Assembly (NCBI RefSeq): GCF_018977255.1
Contig: NW_024704742.1
Span: 108,750,001-108,814,000, forward strand
Source of the DNA: Callorhinchus milii
Lineage: Eukaryota
DNA: 64,000 bases
Direction of reading: 5' to 3'
Part shown: in pieces, positions 1 to 57,620 of the stretch
Numbering within the stretch: the first letter of the stretch is position 1
Layout: the number at the start of each line of letters is the position of its first letter
The notes under the pieces: generated by a model
Told to the model about the DNA's origin: nothing
The model's database searches: none
Seen by the model: the letters and a program-made list of their open reading frames with translations, nothing else
Position numbers and translations under genes: made by a program

Positions 1-644
1 CAGTCTATTCTTCTTAACTATTGAACCATGAATAACATCATTGCTGACAAGGATGACAGACTTATCACTTTGCTCCAGCACTCACACCAGTGATTGACTG
101 TGAACGGTATTGTGGATTTGTAGTGACAAGTCAATGGAGTTAGCCAACTTCTGATAGGAAGTTTTAGTTTATGTCTCAATAAGGCTTCCATTCAATTTAC
201 CTATAATTGCTCTGTGACGTAAACTGTGCAAACCCATAAAATATAGTTCAGCATTATTGAGCAACAAAAGAAGCTCAGTATTTACCAAGATATGATTCAT
301 ATAATTCCTTAATCAATAAATCATCTACAATGTTTAGAGGGTAATAATATCCCTAACTAGTTATATATCATATATTGAAATTCAGGAATTTTCAATTGCA
401 TATATGACATAGCAACCAAAAGGAGAATCAGTTATATGTTTCATGTCAGTCACACAATTACCAGTTAGAAATAAATCCCTTTGTGATTTGAGTGCTCCAG
501 AAACCCAACATTGCACCTAGTCATAGCCTGTAAAACCATATTGTCTTAAAGTGTAAGATTGTGCAGAATTGTGTACAATTCTTAAATTCAGTCTTTATTT
601 AGAAGTCAATTTTCTTAAAAAGAACTGAATTTAAAACTAAGACT

Positions 645-775
645 TTTTTTGGTCAGCATGGTGCCTGACACATGCGGAAACCCATCACTATGCTTAAGCG
701 TATCCAAACCAAACAGAAAATTCCATGCATCCCACCTACACACAGAAATTCCAGAGATAGATTGTTGGAATGGAA
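645..775 (-). repeat. Unclassified short interspersed repeat; other copies at about 10795-10960(-), 30768-30893(-), 43065-43170(+), 59185-59361(+)
   Basis: Shared ggtttggatac.cttaagcatg...tgtcagatac..gctgacc followed by an A-run. Confidence 0.75.
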
Positions 776-1396
776 TGTAAATACTTCCTGTAACTATGAT
801 GCAATTTCACTAACATAATAATAGTGATCCTTGCCTTTGATATGGTACTTTTCATGTCAGGAGGATGTCTCAAACCACCTCGCAGGAAATACTGTAAAGT
901 GTCAAAATGTGTTCGAATAGTGCAATGGAATATTCAACATTCACATAAAGAGGCAGACAGGACCTTGGTTTAATGTCTCATTCAAAGGATGACACCCCCA
1001 GCACCCCATCAGAGTGTCAGCCTAGACTATGTGAGTTCAAAATCCTGCTGTGGAGCTTGATCCCACAATCTTCGGAATCAGAGGAAAGTGCAACCAATTG
1101 AGCTATACTAACATCTGATATCATGATATCAGAAAAAAGAGCAAAAACATCAAACCTCCGCACTTACTGTAAATTAATTTTGCCTCAATTTGTTAGCCAC
1201 TTAAACCTTTTATTTCAAGCCACAAATGTTTGATCCTAGACAATAAGCAGTGATGACTTTGAGCTGCATTCATTGTCCATTGGAAAGTAGAATGAATTAT
1301 GCTTTTAAATAAGATTTGCTTTTGTTGTTAAAGATGCTGCCTAATAATATGCTTCCACTTTATAGTTATAATTCCCTTTAACATTCATCTCCTTAG

Positions 1397-45258
<43,862 letters not shown>

Positions 45259-46971
45259 TTATTAGTATGTAGGCAAAATTTTGTGTTAATAAGTAGAGAG
45301 GTTGATTGTTTTTGTCTCTGTGCCTCTGTGATTTTGTGCAAAGAAGTAAACAAATTTGACAGCAGACAATCTTGGCAAAGAACTTAAATTGTATTTTCAT
45401 TATTTATTTAAAGACTATGACTTCAGAAGACCCACTGAATATTGTTGATTAATTAGAGCCTGCTTTGTCTTTGAGGAGGAAAATAGATAGAACATTTAAT
45501 AATGTCTCTTTCAGGCTCTCTGCAAAAAACATTGCACAGGTTGACCCAATTATAGGGTGGTCATCTGGGTCTAATATCTCAGATGCTCTATTAAAAGAGA
45601 ACAAGAAAAAGTGGCTGATTTCTGACTCGTCTGGTCACCACCGCTACCTGTGTGTTGTGTTCCTTCATGAAGTGCCATCCATGCCACTTCCTTCCCTTTG
45701 CATACATGCGCACTGCGCAGACTGAGACGTTAGCAGCATCTCCTGCTTAGTGCCCTGGAAACGATGTTGACGGTGACCAGACCACCTGAAAGTCGGCCAT
45801 TTTGTAATGTGGGAAGTCATTTGGTCTGCACCGGAATCTGGCAATGTATTGCACTCCAGGTAACTATGAGTCCACGAGGCAAATGCATTAATAGTGAACC
45901 CAAGCCTAGTAAGATACTTAATAACAGGATTGCCCTGTATCAGGACAATTGGATACTGTTCTCTAAAGATAAAGAGTAAAATATATTCAAATAGATTCCA
46001 GAGTCCATGACTTTTTCTGATAAGATTACAAACTTCCCAGGATTTGTCACTAGGAAGTTATTAAATCTCAAAACCCTCCTCTTCGACTGCGCCTTTGGTT
46101 ACCCTCCCTGCCATCCACCCTCCCCGATCCCGACCCCCAGCTCGGGTCAAAATCCCTGATTGTCCTGCGCTTTGGGATGTTCTGCCAACGTGAAAGACGC
46201 TATACAAATGTAATTTTGTATTGTATTGTATTAAGTAATGTGTATGTATCTATCTATCTTGAAGGTAAAAAGCTGTCATTTTGCAAATCAGTCATTATTT
46301 TTACTATTGCGAGCACATCATCTAATGCTGGTTAGCTAACATTGCTTTGGTATCTAATTTGCACTATTTCTTAACGGGATTCCTTAATAAGAAATTCCAT
46401 TATAATTCTCACTGACCTGCGAGAACTCTGCTCCAGAGTTAGATTGCAGTCAGTGGAAACAGTCTTCATTTGCGTGAATCCCCATATTTCCTCATTAAGA
46501 AACCCCATAAAGAATTATTACAGTTTAGGTCACCGTTTTTGTGAGGGGAAGACTTCCCAACTCTTCTCTCCACAAGTTACAGATTATCCAGAACTCTGCA
46601 GCTCGTGGCCTTTCCCATACCAAGCTCCAGAAGCCCCCTCATCCCCCTCCTCGCCAGCTTCATTGACTCCCCATCCCCCCCGAGACTCGAGTTTAAGATC
46701 CTCGTCTTCACTTTCAAAGCCCTCCACGATCTTGCTTCTCCCTACCTCTGTGACCTTTTTACACCATACCAAGTTCAGCGGGCACTTGGCTGCTCCATGT
46801 CTCTCACTTTTCGCCCCACCATTGCTGGCTGTGCCTTCAGCCTTTCCGGCCCCAACCTCTGGAACTCCATACCGGAATTTCTTTGACTGGCTTTTGACCA
46901 GCTATCTGTAAAGTTTAAGTCTCTTATCCACCTGTCACAGTTGGGATGAGGTTCAGCTGTACTCAGCTGGT

Positions 46972-47272
46972 TAATAATAATAATAATCCTTGCATTTGAT
47001 ATAGCGCTTTTCACGTCTTCTAGACGTCTCAAAGCGCTTCACAGAATATGGTGTTAAGTGAATTGACCGTATATTTGTGGGTGAAACGCGGCAGCCAATT
47101 GCGCACAGCAGTGTCCCACAAACGGTCGTGGATTGAAAATGACCAATTTATTAATGTTTTGTTTTGGAGGGATTATTATTAGGTGTGTGGAGTAAGGAAA
47201 CTTGCCCAAGGTTTCACCCTGCCTGGAATTGAACCCAGGTGTCTTGCTCTAACCACTGAGCTACAGAACTCC
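46972..47272 (-). mobile_element. Young tRNA-derived Deu SINE
   Basis: Same family as 13197..13517. Confidence 0.88.
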
Positions 47273-47509
47273 ATGTTCAAGAAGCACATTGGGACTTGAG
47301 TTTATAGTCTGTATTAACACTCTATTGTTGGAGATGTTGTATTTTGAACTGAACAAAGAACACCTCAATGTTATAAAGCATTTTATATCAGTGAAGGGGA
47401 AATCCTTGCTCCTTTTGCTGTATTTCATCTTCCATCAATGCATGCTCGTGGATGGAAAAATGTTGACAACTTGGTTAAACTACGTCATTCAACCTAAAAC
47501 AGGTTACAA

Positions 47510-48138
47510 CTCTGGTCCACGCCTTTATCACCTCAAGGTTGGACTATGGGAACTCTCTCCTCGCCGGCCTTCCCGGCACCTCCCTCCACAAGCTGAAGGT
47601 CATTCAGAACTCTGCAGCTCGTGTACTGTCCCGCACCAGGCTTCGTGACCACATCACTCCCACCCTCGCTCGCCTCCACTGGCTCCCCATCCCCCAGAGG
47701 ATCGAATTCAAGATCCTCATCCTCACCTACAAGGCCATTCACGGCCTTGCTCCCTCCTACCTCTTCGACCTACTATCCCCCTACTTATCTGCCCATACCC
47801 TCCGTTCCTCTGGCTCCGGTCTGCTCCACATCCCCCGCCCCAACCGCCCGACCATCGGTGGCCGGGCCTTCAGCCTCTCAGCCCCGAGGCTCTGGAACTC
47901 TATCCCCCAGTGCCTTCGCCGCCTCCTCCCTTTCCTCCTTCAAGGCCGGTCTCAAGACCTTTCTCTTTGACCATGCCTTCAGCTCCCCTCTCGACTCTCT
48001 ACCCCCTCCTCGCTCCCTCCCTTCCCTCCCCTCACCCTGACCATTTCCCCCCTGTTCGGGTCCTGACCCAACTGTCCAACGCCTTGGGACGTCCTCCTGA
48101 CGTGAAAGGTGCTCTATAAATGGAATCTTGTTGTTGTG
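47510..48138 (+). mobile_element. L2-type LINE 3' fragment (young)
   Basis: [50 protein letters not shown]; (ttg)n tail. Confidence 0.92.
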
Positions 48139-50609
48139 CAAAAGAAATCATGGGTGGAGAAAAGGATTAAGAAAAACAAGGGGTAAAAATGTTTTTGGTG
48201 TTATGCATAGCATCTTTGGCAATACATGACTATAATGGAGAAATCCCATTTGTGGTTGACACATTGATGGTAGAGAATTGACTTTTACCTAATGCTGTGG
48301 ATAACAGAATAACTCAATAGCAGTTCGATCATTATTCAGTTATGACATCGTTCACATCTTTGGATAAAAGTGGTCTTTTAACTATTATATGTGACTTTCT
48401 ATTTATACAAGTGATTTTTAATATTAAACTTCCAATTAATTGGTGAATGAATTGTAGAATGAATTGGAATACTTTTTTTGTACTACTGGATCCTTGGGTC
48501 CAATTCAGTCCAGACTGATGGGAAAACATTTTTTGGCTCTCTTTTCTAAAGGACAAGTTTGCAAGGCTATGGGGAGAGAGCGGGGGAGTGGGATTGAATT
48601 GGATAGCTCCAGATGTAGTTGCAGTCAGTGGAAAGAGTCTTCATTTATATCGCACAGACACCATGGGCCAAATGGCCTCCTGTGCTGTATAATTCTATGA
48701 TTTGTGATTCTATGATAATAACATAGATTTGTGTGTCTCGATTTATCTGTGTTTCACCAGCAGAAGTCTAGTCATAATGGGATATAACATCCAATATCTG
48801 AAAAGAGAAGGGAGTTTCTCCCAGTGTCAAAGCCAACAGTCCCCCATATAAAATGTATCATTCACTTCATGGCTCTTTGTAGGACATTGCTGTGTGCCAA
48901 ACTGTGAACTGCTCAGGGATTTGCTTCCAACATGAAAGGGACTATATCAAATCCAAGGATTATTAATTTTTAGTTCTCACAAGATTCTTTAATAAGGAAA
49001 CCAGAAGTATATCATGCTAACTTGTGGGAACTGAGACAGCCTGACATGCTTTTAAAGACATATACCTCACAAAAACTAATGCCATGCCAATCAGTAGTGA
49101 CATTTCCAGCACATACTTTCAATACATTAGTAATTCCTGAACTGTCAACACATATTTTCCGCTTGTCAGTATATTAATTGAATTTGGCAGTGACAGTTTC
49201 TACCTGGAAAATTGCACCATTAGTGAATTCTACCAAGTTCAATTAATTCCCAGAGAAGGAAATAATACTCTGAAACTATTGATACAAGTAGGTCTTGCAA
49301 AATTGTGGTATGAAGCAAGCAGGGAATATCCTGGTAGTTTTTGTTATTATAGCTGACGTTATAACAATATGAATATTTTTAATCATGATGTTATAAAACA
49401 GGATATCATTTACAATTCAGAATATATATCAGAAGACGGGATTAAAGTATTAGATGTTTAGCAACAGAGAGGTGTGGAGGAGATGCAGAATCATAGATCT
49501 TAAGTAAGAATCAATCAGTTCCTTTTAATGTGAGGTTGTTTTTATGTGAGTTTGCATATTGACTTCTGATATACACTGTGTGTTGCAAATATTTCATGTG
49601 CGTTGTTGCATTAGGTGGTGCTGTTAAGGGTTTCAAATAGGAACAAGTTCCTAGAAATTAATTCAGGGTTCTTGGATAATGTGGTAATTGTGTCAAAAGA
49701 AACCTTTGGGATGTTGGATGTGCAGGACAGGCAGACTAATGCTCTACACTTGCCTAAAACTGCTATTATTTATTCTATGGTAATGTGTGTTATCATAAAC
49801 ATCTATTGTGTCACTGTAAACTTCTGCAGAACTAATGGAGTAATGTAACTTTAATCAGTACTGTTTCCACCCACTTCATAAAATAGAATTTAAAATTGAT
49901 ATAGTCCAAATTTGCAAATCTGACAAACAGAATCTGAGGCACTGTAAATTACGTGGGTTATAATGTCTTCCTCATTCATTGAATAAACAGCACACCACTG
50001 TTCCCTGTTTGTCTTATTTATCCAATCTGACTCCCATGGAGATACATCAACCAGTGAAAGTATAATTTACAGCCAAATAATGAACTCATCAGTAGATAGT
50101 ATTCTTACAGAAAGAGTTCCAATAGCACTATATCACATTGCTGCCCCTCCAACATTCTTCTCAAGCTGTTTTCTGAGAGGCACATTGACAATCTCAGTGC
50201 ATAATACTGTAGAATGAAATGTATTCACATTATCCCTTGTTTGATGTACTAGTCAACACATCTCCCAATTCTTCTTGGAGACCTATTGAGCCATCTCTGT
50301 TGAAACCAAACAATGTGTAAGTACTTGCTAACCACAATGAGGCTTCCAGTTGCTTTGCAAAAAGCCCAAATGGATATTTCACCTCTAATACACCACAACC
50401 TGCAGATTTTGACAGCAGGCCATTTTCTTACCATGATGGTGACAGGACAAAATAATGAAAATAACACAGATGTCCTTTTAATTAAGAAAGCTATTTCCTT
50501 TCAATTCATTGAGTGAGTTTTGTTAAATATTCCACCTGGTGATCCTAACACCACTGCGTCAGCAATTCAGTTGATCACTGCCAACTGTCATCTTTGTTTT
50601 GACCAGGAT

Positions 50610-50846
50610 AATAATAATAATAATAATAATAATAATCCTTGCATTTGATATAGCGCTTTTCACGTCGGGAGGACGTCCCAAAGCGCTTCACAGAATATAC
50701 TGTAAAGTGAGTTGACTGTATATTTGTGGGCGAACGCGGCAGCCAATTGCGCACAGCAATGTCCCACAAACAGTCATAGATTGAAAATGACCAATTTAAT
50801 TATTGTTTTTGTTTTTTGGAGGGATTATTATTAGGCATGTGGAGTA
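50610..50846 (-). mobile_element. Young Deu SINE, 5'-truncated
   Basis: Near-identical to 24851..25080. Confidence 0.88.
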
Positions 50847-52229
50847 AAAAAGGATAAGATGTTAATCAGATTGCGAAATTAAGGCTGATTTAGAGTTCAC
50901 TCCAATATGTTGTCTAAATCCTCAGAGAAAGAATCAATATGAAAGGCTTTGTAATAAAACCAGGAAAGAATAAAACCAATCCCTGTTTTATAGCTTTCAT
51001 TGGGTTGCGCATTTAAAGGGTACAGGCATTGTTTTTGACTGAGGTCAAACTGTGTGAGATTTGAACAGCAAAACTATGTAGACTTGCAGACTGATCCCTG
51101 AATACTCTCAATCAAGTAATCTACTCTCAGATTAGCTGTGCTGTTTTTAACTGTGTAGTCTATGTACAACTGTTTTTTCCCTTGTAAATGTGATTTTCAC
51201 ACAAATTGTCTCCAGACAAGTTAAATGAGATTATCTCCAAAGAGGAAGTGAAAGTTATTGAAGCATTTTTTCATGTAGTAGAGCTGAAGTAACAATAAAG
51301 CTTTCGTGTGCATAAAATTTGTGTGTTAAAAAGTGGCCCAAGGTGAGAATTTACACTAAGAGGTGGAATCAGCAGATCTGAACAAATGGGGTCAAGTCAA
51401 AGAATTGGACATTTTAGAAAAGAGTGACAGCAAATGATGACAATGAGTAGGCTCCACTGTATTACTGTATTTGTAAAAAGAATACGTCCTCCTGATATCG
51501 CTGATTTTATTTGTTTGTATTTTCCTTGATCTGGCTAAACAGATATCGAAACATGTTTTAAGAAACTATTCACCAACCCGTGTACCTATTGATTCAGTGT
51601 AAATATTACCCACTGATGTGCCCATATATATGATACTTTGCACTATCGGTTAATAAACCATAAGCAAGTATTTTAAACGCTGCCTTCTCCTACCTTCTTG
51701 GCTTGCTCTATGATACCAAACGTTATAATAGGGTTACCAAGGGAATCCTCCCTCCCTGAGGTTTACTAGTGCACAAGTAAAGGATTGATTTTAAGGAGGA
51801 TAAAGTTCACAGTAGCCTAATGCTATCCATATAGGAGTCCCATGCTAACCAAAATACAAGTCAGCATATTAAATTCTAGAAGCTTGTTTCTATTTCTTTT
51901 AGTGCACATTCTCACAGAATCAGTGAACATTTGATCTGATCATATAAAAGAAAAAAGGATGCTTTGTAATAGATTGAGTGTGATGGTCATTACATTGAAT
52001 CTGTTAAGAAATGTTACAAATCTCAGTTGATAAATATTGACCATTTCCTTCCCCTCCAACAACAACAACTTGGATTTATATAGTGCCCTTCACGCAGGGC
52101 AGCGTGCCAGAGCGCCTCCCCTTCAATGATCTAATCCGAACCAGTCAGTGGTGGCATCTTTGTTGTCATGGCAGCTGCTGTTGTTATTTCAAACATGGAG
52201 AATAGTGTTTTCGTGTCACTGCAGAGAAT

Positions 52230-54462
52230 ACTTTCATAAATCAATCCTGGAGGCGAGGAACAACCCCAGGCTTCTGTTCTCCTCCACATCCCGACTCATC
52301 CGTCCCCCCCGCCACTCCGCGCAGGTCATCTCCTCCAACCTTCACTGCGAGGAGGTGCTGGATTTCTTTGAATACAAAATCAAGAGAATCCACTCCGCGG
52401 TCACTGCCCCTCCAACTTCCACCCACCTCCCACCCCTTCCCTCCCACACTCCGACTCCTACCCATCCTCCCCTACACACCTTTGAACCCGTTTCCCCACC
52501 CTCTGTCACCAAACTCACCCTGTCATTGAAACCCACCACCTGCTCCCTTTGACCCCATTTCCACTCCACTCCTTATCTCCCAGCTCCACCTCCTTGCCCC
52601 ACTTCTCACAGACACCATTAACCTGTCCCTCTCCTCTGGCTCTGTTCCCATTCCCCTCAAAACTGCCACCATCACTCCCATGCCGAAAAAAACCTTCCTT
52701 GATGCTTCGCAGCTATCAAGCTACTGGCCCAACTCCAACCTCTCCTTCCTGTCCAAGGTTCTCGAAAGAGTCGTCGCCTCCCAGCTGCGCTCTTTCCTCT
52801 CCACACACTCACATTTCAAACCCCTCGAGTCGGGTTTCCGTGCTGCCCATAGCACAGAAACTGCCCTAGTCAAGGTCACTAATGACAGCTTGACCATCCG
52901 CGACCAGGGCTCCCTCTGCCTTCTCGTCCTCCTCAACCTATCGGCCGCATTCGATACGGTCGACCACTCTATCCTCCTCCATCGCTTGTCCTCCCACCTC
53001 AACCTTCAAGGCCCTGTCCTTGAGTGGTTTAGGTCGTACCTCTCCCACCGTCTTCATTTTGTCTCTGCAAACGACTTTTCCTCCAGTCCCTGCACTGTCT
53101 CGTGCGGTGTCCCTCAGGGCTCTGCCCTCAGTCCCCTCCTCTTCACCCTCCATATGCTCCTCCCTGGTGACATCATCCGCAGACATGGGGTTAACTTCCA
53201 CATGTATGCAGATAACACCCAACTCTACCCTTCCTCTTCTACCCTCAACTCCACGACCACCGATGTCCTGACAGCCTGTCTGACATTGAGTCCTGGCCGA
53301 GAGACAACTTTCTTCAGCTCAACATGCGCAAAACTGAGGCCCTCCTGATTGGCTCGTGTCAGTGCCTCCGCACTTCAGGCGCTGACAGCATCAGCATCCA
53401 AGGCTGCACTCTCCACCTCTCAAAGCCAGTCAGGAACCTCGGCGTTCTGTTCGACCTTGAGTTCCAGGCAGGGCGAAACCTTGGGCAAGTTTCCTTACTC
53501 CACACGCCTAATAATAATCCCTCCAAAAACAAAAACAATAATTAAATTGGTCATTTTCAATCTACGACTGTTTGTGGGACATTGCTGTGCGCAATTGGCT
53601 GCCGCGTTCGCCCACAAATATACAGTCAATTCACTTTACAGTGTGTTCTGTGAAGCGCTTTGGGACGTCCTCCTGACGTGAAAAGCGCTATATCAAATGC
53701 AAGGATTATTATTATTATTATTATTATTGAGTTGTCCTTTCTTCCCCACATCTGCGCAAGACCTGGCACCGCATTCCACCACCTCCGGAACATCGCCAGA
53801 CTATGGCACTACCTCAGCCCTCACGCTGCTGAAACACTGGTCCACTCCTTTATCACCTCAAGGCTGGACTACGGGAACTCTCTCCTCGCCGGCCTTCCCG
53901 GCACCTCCATCCACAAGCTGCAGGTCATTCAGAACTCTGCAGCTCATGTATAGTCCCGCACCAGGCTTCACGACCACATCACTCCCACCCTCACTCGCCT
54001 CCACTGGCTCCCCATCCCCCAGAGGATCGAATTCAAGATCCTCATCCTCGCCTACAAGGTCATTCACAGCCTTGCTCCCTCCTACCTCTCTGACCTACTA
54101 TCCCCCTACCTACCTGCCCGTACCCTCCGTTCCTCTGGCTACAATCTGCTCCATATCCCCCACCCTAACCACCCTACCATCGGTGGCCGGGCTTTCAGCC
54201 TCTCAGCCCCTAGGCTCTGGAACTCCATCCCCCAGTGCCTTTGCGTTGCTTCCTCCCTTTCCTCCTTCAAGGCCGGACTCAAGACCTTTCTCTTCAACCG
54301 TGCCTTCAGCTCCCCTCTCAACTCTCTACCTCCTCCTCGCTCCCTCCCTTCCCTCCCCCTGACCATTTCCCCCTGCTCGGGTCCCGACCCAACTGTCCAG
54401 CGCCTTGGAATGTCCTCCCGACGTGAAAGGCGCTCTACAAATGCAATCATGTTGTTGTTGTT
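52230..54462 (+). mobile_element. L2-type LINE, about 2 kb of ORF2 + 3'UTR, with a SINE (about 53461..53728) inserted
   Basis: NLSFLSKVLERVV, SGFRAAHSTETALVKV, LLNLSAAFDTVDH, GVPQGSALSP, YADNTQLY; SINE flanked by a ttgagtt duplication (53457..53463 and 53727..53733). Confidence 0.93.
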
Positions 54463-56277
54463 GATATTTCTGCCAGATGAAAACGGCTTCTGGTTTTTAG
54501 AAATGTAAGAGCGGAAAGATGCATGGAGTACAAACATTGTTGATAAGACGCTAATTTTGACCGTTGGACAGCCCGTATACAAGATCATGAGATTAGTTCA
54601 GATGAAGAAGGCCCCTTCAGCCCATTTGTACTCTTCCTTCCAATAGTATCCACCCTACCAACACTCCATTTCCACACCGCCTCACATTCATGGTTAAACA
54701 GTGAAAAAAGGTAACATTTGCAAACTGGTAGCATCTGCAAACCAGATTTGTTGAGATAATTCCAGCATCTGCTTTACAGAATGTACAGCACAATTCATGG
54801 GCCAGGAATTTGTGAATCAAAATTGATGAACTTGGTTTAAACATCTCATCCCAAAGTATGTCAGCACACCATGAGCACTGCGCTTGAGTGTTACCTTAGA
54901 CTGCGAGCTCCCATTGTGGGGTTTGAACCCACAGCCTATTGACTCAACAAGTAAGACTGCTACCAACTGAGCCAGGCTGACCCCTAAAGCAAAAAATAAG
55001 TGGCATAAATAGGGGACAAAATTGGGTGAAAATAAAATGGATAAATCATATTTTAATTATAAAATATCAGGCCTTCAACATTTCTTTTACATCAAATCTA
55101 CAATATCAAAACAGAATGTTCAGCCCCCAGTCCGTATTTGTACTCCACATAAGCCTCCAGCCATCTGAAACCTCCCCTCCTGCACCATTCTTGCTGATTA
55201 ATGCTGTTTTATTTGACATCTTTAACTAATTTCACTGGCAGGCTTGAACATTCTGGAAAAGCTGCGTGACTAACAGTGACTCTTTTATAGCTGATGGTTT
55301 AAAACTGGAATCCTATTAAGTCAGGCCAGAGGAGGCAAGTATCTTTCAATAATCCGAAAAATAAGCTTGTTGACCACAAAATTAATTCTAAAAGGAACTA
55401 AACTCACCAAGACAGATTTCTTGAAAATATATTACACTCCCACCCCCACCCCCCCACCACATTGATAAAGGTCATCAGCAAACTGCATTAGATTTAGTGA
55501 ATCTAATCCCTTCTCTACTGACAATTAATGAAAAAGAAGATTTTTGAGATGTCAATTAATAAATAAACAAATAGCAGACATGCAGTGATTCATGTATCTC
55601 TGCAACTTGCAAAGTCCGCTTTTGTGATGCAAGGTCAAAATAATTCTGTGGTTTGCTCTTTTTTGGCTTCTTGTTTTATCTGTCTCATTTGAAGAATTGA
55701 AAGTGCCTCATCCCCCTGAAATGTCTCAAAACTCTTTAGTGTCAAGTGTAATGACTGCTGACTGCAGTTCTGGACAACACTTCCATCATTCACATTATAC
55801 TGAATTCATTGTGAACAGAGCAGAACACCTTTTCAAATAAATAATTCAGAAATATTGATTGTATTCTTGATGTTGGAAATGCTAGATATTCGCCTACAAA
55901 CAGTCATTGAAATGTGCTTTAAGACATTTCAATGACTGGTTAAGGCCCTATATCATAAGCAAGGATTATTATTTGATTTGATCTGTACCGTTTCTGCAGA
56001 TGTTACAGAATGATATTTTTAATAATACAATAACTATAAGAGGTATAGCATGCGAAACACTTTCTCCATCAAAATGTTTAGTTTTATATACAAAAACAAG
56101 ATCTGGAGATGAGAATCCTGCCAAAGGTATTTGAAGGTATCTGCAGAGAACACTAAATTGTTAGGAGTGGCTAATGATGAGAATCAATGTGGAAAAAATT
56201 GGAGAGATTTGGGAATCCGAGTTCTCGTTCCAACCATTGTTTCCAAGTATATTTGTTCACACAGTAATCACTCTCAC

Positions 56278-56555
56278 AAAGTGAGAGACCTGAGTTCAAT
56301 TCCAGGCAGGGCGAAACCTTGGGCAAGTTTCCTTACTCCACACGCCTAATAATAATCCCTCCAAAACCAAAAACAATAATAAAATTGTTCATTTTCAATC
56401 TAAGACTGTTTGTGGGACATTGCTGTGCGCAATTGGCTGCCGCGTTCGCCCACAAATATACAGTCAATTCACTTTACAGTGTGTTCTGTGAAGCGCTTTG
56501 GGACGTCCTCCCGACGTGAAAAGCGCTATATCAAATGCAAGGATTATTATATTAT
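56278..56555 (+). mobile_element. Young Deu SINE, 5'-truncated
   Basis: Near-identical to the 24851 and 53461 copies. Confidence 0.88.
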
Positions 56556-57211
56556 CACTGCAGTTGAATCTATGAGATGGACACTATAGTGTACTGTTGT
56601 CTGTAGCTGTGTACCCTTTTTTGATATTATTATTATTATCATCTAAGATTATTATTTTTCATAGAACTAGAAACCAACGATCCTCACATCCTATTTGTTT
56701 CAGGACTGTGATCCAACAATAGCTGTGAGTTTCTAAATCAGTGCGTCCATGAACCATAATCTTGTAGCTGATCATTTTCATCTGGTCAGAGAGAAAAAAT
56801 TGTGTTCTATAGAGTCTCATACATCAAAACAGACCAGTAATAAAAATAATAATAATTCTTGCATTTGATATAGCGCCTTATCATTTCGTTGAAAGAGTTT
56901 CACAGGAAACACTGTAAAATGTAATGACTGTGTATTTTGTGGGCGAAATGAGGCAGACAGTTTGCACACAGCAATGACCCACGAACAGAAATAGAGTGAG
57001 TGACCAATCGTATTTGGGGGATTGTTAGCCAGGACACCAGGAAAAATTCCTTCTCTTGTTGAATAGTGCCATGGGATCATTAATATCCACCTGAACAGGT
57101 AGATTGGATATTGGTTTAATATCTCATCCAACGGATGTAATACTAACAAGTGTAATGGCTGTTTTTGTAAAGTAAAACAGCAGCTATTTTGCGCCTGCAA
57201 GGTTCCTCAGA

Positions 57212-57620
57212 TAACAACAACAACTTGCACTTATATAGCGCCCTCCCTGCAGGATAGCATCTCAGAGCGCTTAAGAGTTGCTGAACCGGGTGAACAGACC
57301 ATAAGCACGATCAAAGAGGAAGGTTTTCAGGCAGGACTTGAAAAAGGGGAGCGAGGGGCAAGGCGGAGGAATTGAGGGAGAGTGCTCCAGAGTTTCGGAA
57401 CATAGTGGCTGAAAGCGCGACCTCCGATGGTGGGGCGGAGGGTGAGAGGGAAGAGCAGGAGGCCGGTGCTAGTTGAGCAGAGGCGCCGGGTAGTGGATTG
57501 GGGAGTGAGGAGGTCGGAGAGGTAGGGAGGTGCCAGAGAGTGAAGGGATTTGATACCAGTGTGAGGATCTTGAAATCGATCTATTCGGTGATGGGGAGCC
57601 AGTGGAGCCTGGACAAAATT
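57212..57620 (-). mobile_element. L2 3' fragment, second subfamily
   Basis: Homologous to 60208..60610; (caa)n-cttgcacttatatagc tail. Confidence 0.8.
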
